NCBI GenBank assembly: GCA_035697485.1
Contig: DASSCU010000049.1
Span: forward strand, 81,200 to 145,199
Direction: 5' to 3'
DNA from: Actinomycetota bacterium
Lineage (GTDB): Bacteria > Actinomycetota > UBA4738 > HRBIN12
DNA length: 64,000 bases
The position numbers were made by a program, and so were the translations under genes. Below are positions 58,241 through 64,000 of the stretch, in pieces (positions within the stretch are counted from its first letter, which is position 1; every line of letters begins with the position of its first letter). The notes beneath the pieces are model-generated. The model searched no databases and was not told where the DNA came from. It saw only the letters and a program-made list of their open reading frames with translations.

Positions 58241-60704
58241 CGCGACGGGCACGCAGGCGTTCCACGAGGAACGCGGCGAGACCGACGAGCGCGAGCACGG
58301 TCCACGCTACCCCCCCGGCTCGTACGCCCGAAGACACGGCCGCGTCACGGTAGGTGAGGCGCACGTCGTGCTCGCCGGCGGGAACCGCGACCCCCTGCAA
58401 GAAGCCGTCGACGGGGACGACTTCGGCGGCCTCGCCGTCGACGGTCGCCTGCCAGCCGCCGTCGAACGAGGTCCGCACGACGACGATCGAGGGAGCGGTC
58501 GCACGCACGTCGATGTGCACGTCTTCAGGGGCGTCCTCCCGGTACGTGGCCTCGCCGGATTCGGCGTCGGGGGTCGGCTCGATGCCGGGGTAGGACTCCA
58601 CGACGGCGAGCCGGCTGGGGTCGAACGTCGGGGGCAGGATCGTGCGTAGCGCGCCGGTCACCGTCGGCACCGTGCGGAAGTTGGGCACCACCGAGACCCT
58701 CGGCTGCCACCCCTGCACCTCGACGAGGTCGTACCCCTGCGCCCTGCCGACGACATCGCCAGCGAGCGGTGACGGGATGCCGGTCGGCACCACGAGGTAG
58801 CGCGCTCCGAACAGCCGGACGTCGCGGAGCAGCGGGACGTCGATGACCGAGGCGTTGTAGAAGACCGGCAGCGAGGTGCGCACGCGGATGTAGTCCCAGT
58901 AGCGGCGGAGCTGCATCGGGTTGTACCCGAGCGTGTCGTGCAGGCCGAACAGCGTGCCGCGCTCCATCGCGAGCGCCGGCCAGTCGGGCTCGAGCTGCAT
59001 GAACAGGTAGCCCTTCTCGAACGACGACGCTGGGGGCGCCCACGTGAGGTAGCGATCGTGCGTCGCCTTCAGGCGAGGCACGAACGCGGTCGGCGTGACG
59101 AACGCGGATGCATCGACCCGTGGCAAGGGCAGCGGCTGGGGGACCAGGTTCGGGTGGGCCCCGGCTTCCAGGTTCAGGTGGATCGTGTCGCCGGGTGGCG
59201 TGAGTTGGGAGAACAGCGCGCTCACGGCCAGCTCGAGGGCGAGCACCGAACCGACGGCGACGTGTGCCCAGGCGCGGCGTCTCGTGGCGAGCTGGAACAG
59301 CGCCCATGCCCCGGCGGCGAGGCCGAGCGCGAGCACGATGAAGCGGAGAGGGTTCGCGAATGCGAGCAGCGGCACGCCGAGCCACAGGAACGCCCCAGCC
59401 GCGAGCCAACGCACCGCGTCGCGAGGCGGCAGCGGGTCGTCGCGGAGGCCCTGGATGCCCACCGCCCCGAGCACCGGCACGGCGATCACGGCGAGGTAGC
59501 GCATGCGCCCGGGGTTGTGCAGGTAGACGTCGCCGAACGGGATGCGCAGGAAGACGTCGCGGATCCAGGGCGCCGTGACGACCGCGTCGAGCATCAGGAC
59601 CCAGGTGAGCGCGAACGCACCACCGAACGCCCACACCAGGGCGCGGCGCCGGCGCGCCTTGAGCGCCAGCGGGACGCCCAGCAGGATCGTCGCACCCGCG
59701 TAGGCGCCGGGCGTCGCGCCGAACGCGAGCGGCCACGCGGCCCACACGCCGTTCGCCTGGATCGAGCCGGTGTCGCTGCCGCCGAGCGTGCCGATCGCAT
59801 CCCCGAGCCGGTCGTAGCCGGCCGCCAGGCTCGACGCATCGAGCGCGTCGATGCGGGGAAGCAGGATCGCCAGCGACAGGAGCGGCAGCACGACGAGGAA
59901 GAGCGCGGCCCGTCCGCCGGCGGTGAACGCGAGCTGGGGCGTGCGCGCGGGTTCCTCGCCGCCGTCCGTCGCCGCTGCGCGCGAGGCGATGACGTCGAAC
60001 ACGGCGCCGGCGAGCAGGTACGCGGTGAGCAGGGCCGTGCACACGACGAGGCCGTGGCTCAGGTGGGCGGTCGCGACCTGGGACCACCCCAGCGCCCCGA
60101 CGCCGATCCACGCGATCCTCGCCGACCAACGCCGGCTCCGCCGGTAGCCCGCGGCCCCGACCAGCGCCACGCAGCACCAGGCCATCGCACCCGCGAACGG
60201 CATCGAGATCGCGATCTCCGAGCTGGACATCAGCATCGCGAGCGAGAGCCCGCCCGCCGTGGAGGCCACCCGGGAGAGTCGTTCCGTCCGCAGGAACGCG
60301 AAGAGCGCGAGACCGGCGATCAGCGGATTCGCGACGATGAACGCCCGCATCGCTACCGCGGGGGAGAGCCAGGAGAACAGCCCCATCGGCAACAGGTAGA
60401 GCCACCCGCCTTGGGGGTCGGCCGCGTATCGATAGCCCGCCATCTCGAACGGGTTCCACAGCGGCACGTGCCCTGCGGCGATCGATCGGCCGAGGAACGA
60501 GAAGCGGGGGAGCCAGAACGTGAGGATGTCGGGGTGGGCGTCGCTCAGCCGGTCGGCGAACACGAAGCCCCGCAGGGCGAACAGCACCCCGACGACGATG
60601 ACCGCCGGACCGACCACCGCGAGGGCGATCCGACGGCCCCGCTCGTGCGCGCGCGGCCGATGATCGGCCGTCCTCGCAGGGGTTTCCACCGTGGTCGCGC
60701 CCAT
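58197..60704 (-). CDS. large polytopic membrane protein, YfhO/ArnT-like (putative glycosyltransferase)
   Basis: About 835 aa with more than 12 TM helices and a C-terminal extracytoplasmic domain plus terminal TM. The N-terminal block [33 protein letters not shown] resembles YfhO-family proteins. ATG at 60704 (TTG at 60713 in the track). Confidence 0.6.
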   Translation of the reverse strand: MGATTVETPARTADHRPRAHERGRRIALAVVGPAVIVVGVLFALRGFVFADRLSDAHPDILTFWLPRFSFLGRSIAAGHVPLWNPFEMAGYRYAADPQGGWLYLLPMGLFSWLSPAVAMRAFIVANPLIAGLALFAFLRTERLSRVASTAGGLSLAMLMSSSEIAISMPFAGAMAWCCVALVGAAGYRRSRRWSARIAWIGVGALGWSQVATAHLSHGLVVCTALLTAYLLAGAVFDVIASRAAATDGGEEPARTPQLAFTAGGRAALFLVVLPLLSLAILLPRIDALDASSLAAGYDRLGDAIGTLGGSDTGSIQANGVWAAWPLAFGATPGAYAGATILLGVPLALKARRRRALVWAFGGAFALTWVLMLDAVVTAPWIRDVFLRIPFGDVYLHNPGRMRYLAVIAVPVLGAVGIQGLRDDPLPPRDAVRWLAAGAFLWLGVPLLAFANPLRFIVLALGLAAGAWALFQLATRRRAWAHVAVGSVLALELAVSALFSQLTPPGDTIHLNLEAGAHPNLVPQPLPLPRVDASAFVTPTAFVPRLKATHDRYLTWAPPASSFEKGYLFMQLEPDWPALAMERGTLFGLHDTLGYNPMQLRRYWDYIRVRTSLPVFYNASVIDVPLLRDVRLFGARYLVVPTGIPSPLAGDVVGRAQGYDLVEVQGWQPRVSVVPNFRTVPTVTGALRTILPPTFDPSRLAVVESYPGIEPTPDAESGEATYREDAPEDVHIDVRATAPSIVVVRTSFDGGWQATVDGEAAEVVPVDGFLQGVAVPAGEHDVRLTYRDAAVSSGVRAGGVAWTVLALVGLAAFLVERLRARRVSPSAKPGGAARPR

Positions 60705-60796
60705 GGCGCCCAAGCTTACGGAGTCCGCTCCCAGCCGCGTCGAGGAGGTCTGGTAGGGTGACTCGGTTCGCCCTTCCCCACTCTCCTGAGGTCCAG

Positions 60797-61474
60797 ATGA
60801 TCAGTCTTCAGCGTGTCACGAAGACCTACAAGAACGGCGTCACCGCCCTCACCGACGTCACCGTCGAGGTCGACAAAGGTGAGTTCGTCTTCATCGTCGG
60901 ACAGTCCGGTTCGGGCAAGTCGACGATGATCCGCCTGCTGATCCGTGAGGAAGACGCGACGAAAGGTCAGATCTTCGTGGGCGGCAAGAACCTCGCGAGG
61001 ATGGCGAATCGCGATGTGCCGAAGCTCAGGAGGAACGTCGGCACGGTCTTCCAGGACTTCCGCCTCCTGCAGGACAAGACCGTGTTCGAGAACGTTTCGT
61101 TCGGCCTCGAAGTGATCGGGAAACCGAAACACGTCATCGAACAACGCGTCCCGGAGATCCTCGAGTACGTGGGACTCGGCGACAAACTCCGCAGCTACCC
61201 TGATGAGCTCTCGGGGGGGGAGCAGCAACGAGTGTCGATCGCGCGTGCGTGCGTCAACCGGCCGCTCGTGCTGCTGGCCGACGAGCCCACCGGCAATCTC
61301 GATCCAAGTACCAGCGTCGACATCATGCGCCTGCTCGACAAGGTGAACCGCATCGGCACGACGGTCGTCATGGCAACCCATGACCAGGCCATCGTCGACG
61401 CGATGCGCAAGCGGGTGATCGAGCTCGACAAGGGGTTCGTCGTGCGGGATCAATCCCGAGGTGTGTATAGCTGA
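60797..61474 (+). CDS. ftsE: cell-division ABC ATPase FtsE
   Basis: Walker [10 protein letters not shown], signature LSGGEQQR, Walker [12 protein letters not shown]. Confidence 0.9.
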   Translation: MISLQRVTKTYKNGVTALTDVTVEVDKGEFVFIVGQSGSGKSTMIRLLIREEDATKGQIFVGGKNLARMANRDVPKLRRNVGTVFQDFRLLQDKTVFENVSFGLEVIGKPKHVIEQRVPEILEYVGLGDKLRSYPDELSGGEQQRVSIARACVNRPLVLLADEPTGNLDPSTSVDIMRLLDKVNRIGTTVVMATHDQAIVDAMRKRVIELDKGFVVRDQSRGVYS

Positions 61475-62385
61475 TGCGCCTAGAACAGTATTTCCGGGAG
61501 ACGGCGACCGGCCTCCGGCGCAACGGCGTGGTGGCATTCGCGGCGATCTCCACCGCGTTCATCGCCCTCTTCTTGTTCGGACTGGCGTGGCTGATCGGTC
61601 GGCAGTTCGACCTCGTGATCGATGCGTGGACTGGGAACGTTCAGGTCGCCGTCTATCTGAGCGATCCGGTCCAGGACGACACCGTTTCACGCATCCAGAC
61701 GAAGCTCAGTGAGCTACCGGCTGTCGCATCGATCGAGTATTGGGACAAGGACCAGACCTGCTCGCACTTCGACGAGTTGTTCGAAGGCCAAGAGGCCTTC
61801 CAGGAAGGCGTGGACTGCGAGAAGTCGATCCCGACCTCGCTGCGCATCAACCTCGCAGATCCCTCGCAGTTCGACCAGATCATGGCATCGCTTGGCTGTG
61901 AGGCAGATGCCACGACCGATCAGATCCAGTGCACGGAGCCAGGGGTTCGAGATGTCTCGGACTACCGGGATCTGCTGGAGCGCCTTTCGACGATTACGAG
62001 GGTCCTGTCGATCGTGGTGTACGTGATCGCCTTCATCATGCTGGTCTCGGCCATCTTGCTGGTTGCGAACACCCTCCGTATGGGCATGTTCGCCCGGCGC
62101 AAGGAGATCGGGATCATGCGGCTCGTCGGCGCGACGAACTGGCGCATCAGGATGCCGTTCCTGATCGAGGGTTTGGTTGAGACGATGGTGGGAGCGCTGG
62201 TTGCGATCGCCTTCCTGTTCCTGGTCAAGGTGTTCGGCATCGACAACCTGCGAGGAACGGTGAGGTTCTTCCCGTGGGTCCGCAACATCGACGTCCTTGC
62301 GGTGATCCCGTGGATCCTGATCGCGGCGGTGGCGGTGGCCGTGATCGCTGGCACGATCGGCATGCGCCGGTTCCTCGACGTCTGA
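61474..62385 (+). CDS. ftsX: cell-division ABC permease-like protein FtsX
   Basis: TGATG overlap with ftsE. The layout is one N-terminal TM, a periplasmic domain and three C-terminal TMs. RKEIGIMRLVGATNWRIRMPFLIEG is the conserved FtsX block. Confidence 0.9.
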   Translation: MRLEQYFRETATGLRRNGVVAFAAISTAFIALFLFGLAWLIGRQFDLVIDAWTGNVQVAVYLSDPVQDDTVSRIQTKLSELPAVASIEYWDKDQTCSHFDELFEGQEAFQEGVDCEKSIPTSLRINLADPSQFDQIMASLGCEADATTDQIQCTEPGVRDVSDYRDLLERLSTITRVLSIVVYVIAFIMLVSAILLVANTLRMGMFARRKEIGIMRLVGATNWRIRMPFLIEGLVETMVGALVAIAFLFLVKVFGIDNLRGTVRFFPWVRNIDVLAVIPWILIAAVAVAVIAGTIGMRRFLDV

Positions 62386-62397
62386 GGCGGCGCAAGC

Positions 62398-62874
62398 GTG
62401 ACCCCGCAGAAGCATGGCGATCCCGGCGAGAAGGTCGTCGCCTCGAATCGCAAGGCTCGCCACGACTACCAGATCCTCGAGACGATCGAGTGCGGCATCG
62501 TGCTCACCGGCGACGAGGTGAAGTCGCTGCGCGGCGGCCGGGCCTCGCTCACCGAGTCCTACGCGCGGGTGCGAGACGGCGAGGTCTGGCTCGAGGGCAT
62601 GCACGTACCGCCGTACGAGCAGGGCGACAAGCGGCGGCACCTGCCGACTCGGCCCCGCAAGCTGCTGCTGCACCGCCGGGAGATCGAGAAGCTCTCCGCC
62701 TGGCAGCAGGAGCAGCGCCTCGCCCTCGTGCCGCTGCGCGTCTACTTCACGCACGGCATGGCCAAGGTCGAGATCGGGGTGGCGCGCGGCAAGCGGGAAC
62801 ACGAGAAGCGCCAGTCGATCGCGAAGCGTGAGCAGGAGCGCGAGATCGCACAGGAGCTCGGCCGCCGCCGCTGA
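62398..62874 (+). CDS. smpB: SsrA-binding protein SmpB
   Basis: VASNRKARHDYQILETIECGIVLTGDEVKSLR and a basic C-terminal tail. Confidence 0.9.
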   Translation: MTPQKHGDPGEKVVASNRKARHDYQILETIECGIVLTGDEVKSLRGGRASLTESYARVRDGEVWLEGMHVPPYEQGDKRRHLPTRPRKLLLHRREIEKLSAWQQEQRLALVPLRVYFTHGMAKVEIGVARGKREHEKRQSIAKREQEREIAQELGRRR

Positions 62875-62902
62875 TCACCCCGGCTGCGGCTACCATCGGA
62901 CG

Positions 62903-64000
62903 ATGGCCGAGCCCACGGCGCCCCGCACCGACGAGATCGACCCCGTCATCGCCATGCTGGCGAAGGAGGCCTCGACCTACCTCGGGGCCCTCGACGAACT
63001 GCCGGTACGCGACGCCGCCGCGGAATCGGTCGCCGCCTCGTTCGACGAGCCGTTGCCCGAGCGAGGCGTGGGCGCGGAACCGGCGCTCCGCGAGCTCCTC
63101 GCGGGGCTCGACGGGGCCGTGCACACGTCGGGGCCGCGATGGTTCCACTTCATCACCGGGGGCACCACGCCGGCCGCGCTCGGCGCCGACTGGCTCGCGA
63201 CCGTGCTCGATCAGAACCCTGGGGCCTGGGTCGCCTCACCTCTGGGCGGCCAGCTCGAGCTCGTCGTGCTGCGATGGCTGCGATCGCTGTTCGGCCTGCC
63301 CACGACGTGGGGCGGCGTCCTCACCACGGGCGCCACGATGGCGAACTTCACCGCGCTCGCCTGCGCCCGGCGCTGGTGGGCACTCCGCCACGACGTCGAC
63401 ATCGACGAGCAGGGCGCCGCGGGCCTGCCACCGATGCCGGTGTTCGGATCCGGGTACGTGCACGCGAGCGACGTGAAGGCGCTCGCGATGCTGGGGCTCG
63501 GCCGGTCGAGCGTCCGCAAGCTCGCGCGCGACGCGGTGGGGCGGCTCGATCTCGACGCCCTCGATCGGGAGCTCGCGGCGCTCGGAGGCGCCCCGGCCGT
63601 GCTGATCGCCAGCGCCGGCGAGGTGAACGCCGGCGATTTCGACCCTATCGACGCGATGGCCGATCTCGCCGAACGCCACGGCGCATGGCTGCACGTCGAC
63701 GGCGCGTTCGGGCTGTTCGCGGCCGTCTCCGACCGCACCCGTCACCTGGTGGCGGGGGTGGAACGTGCCGACTCGGCGATCGCCGATGGCCACAAGTGGC
63801 TGAACGTGCCGTACGAGTCGGGCTTCGCGTTCGTGCGTGACCCGTCGCTCCTGCCCGCGATCTTCGGCAGCGGAGCCGCCTACCTGCCGGGTCTCGACGA
63901 TCCTCGCCCGAACTGGGGCTACCTCGGCCCGGAGATGTCCCGGCGGGCCCGTGCGTTTCCCGTGTGGGCGACGTTGCGAGCCTACGGACGCGAGGGGTAC
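62903..64000 (+). CDS. PLP-dependent group II (aromatic-L-amino-acid type) decarboxylase, 3' end outside window
   Basis: Not in the supplied ORF track because the frame is open from ATG 62903 to the window edge (366 codons). Contains TTGATMANFTALACAR, HVDGAFG, and the PLP-lysine motif DGHKWLNVPY. Confidence 0.75.
   Translation, partial: MAEPTAPRTDEIDPVIAMLAKEASTYLGALDELPVRDAAAESVAASFDEPLPERGVGAEPALRELLAGLDGAVHTSGPRWFHFITGGTTPAALGADWLATVLDQNPGAWVASPLGGQLELVVLRWLRSLFGLPTTWGGVLTTGATMANFTALACARRWWALRHDVDIDEQGAAGLPPMPVFGSGYVHASDVKALAMLGLGRSSVRKLARDAVGRLDLDALDRELAALGGAPAVLIASAGEVNAGDFDPIDAMADLAERHGAWLHVDGAFGLFAAVSDRTRHLVAGVERADSAIADGHKWLNVPYESGFAFVRDPSLLPAIFGSGAAYLPGLDDPRPNWGYLGPEMSRRARAFPVWATLRAYGREGY

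Noticed and set aside
62875-64000. tmRNA (ssrA) expected downstream of smpB.
   Set aside because: The gap is only 28 nt. The following sequence is a continuous GC3-rich reading frame with a PLP-decarboxylase signature, and no tag-reading-frame or tRNA-like 3' end is visible.

Overview
This is a very GC-rich chromosomal segment (roughly 70% by eye, not computed) from an actinobacterium. The assignment rests on WhiB, the F420 genes fbiABC, an LCP ligase, DUF3499/DUF5719/DUF3105-type proteins and many 1-4 nt start/stop overlaps. I call 66 protein-coding genes. I found no rRNA or tRNA genes, no CRISPR array and no transposase, integrase or phage genes. From left to right the window contains:
- the acnA 3' end;
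- a heliorhodopsin gene with its own leaderless-type promoter and a strong terminator;
- a DosR/DevR-type redox island (DoxX, NarL-type regulator, cupredoxin-fused multicopper oxidase lipoprotein, GAF histidine kinase, CBS-BON protein) carrying GGGAC-N4-GTCCC boxes;
- an ECF sigma / zinc-binding (ZAS-type) anti-sigma pair, followed by two small membrane-anchored proteins, an ApbE flavin transferase and a di-haem MsrQ-like membrane protein;
- a REC-like protein with a degenerate GGDEF domain;
- a cell-wall glycopolymer locus of about 16 kb (LCP, rmlA/B/D, three GT4 and one GT2 glycosyltransferases, Wzm/Wzt ABC exporter, AAC(2')-like acetyltransferase, NDP-hexose pyrophosphorylase, SpoIID-LGFP protein);
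- two tandem DUF3105 paralogues;
- fbiB-fbiA divergent from fbiC;
- whiB preceded by an AT-rich palindrome;
- a Lys/Ala-repeat histone-like protein;
- a GT2-membrane fusion plus a DUF5719-like protein;
- an L,D-transpeptidase;
- a candidate structured RNA;
- mannose and SAM-cycle genes (manB, Trm112, SIS isomerase, PNP, ahcY);
- comF, a short hpf and a translationally coupled orphan regulator;
- a DinB protein, an acetolactate-synthase-like enzyme, an MFS transporter and secA;
- prfB with the classical +1 frameshift site;
- ftsEX-smpB;
- a PLP decarboxylase that runs off the 3' edge.

Gene order resembles the M. tuberculosis Rv3240c-Rv3267 region (recalled from memory), but tmk-mtrAB-lpqB is missing. 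The most interesting items are the heliorhodopsin and its redox-regulon neighbourhood, the ApbE/MsrQ-like module that lacks a canonical flavinylation substrate, an exact 18-nt element shared by two promoters of the glycopolymer locus, widespread leaderless promoter geometry, and an unannotated three-hairpin element at 40.78-40.89 kb. All domain calls come from reading the translations. No searches were run.
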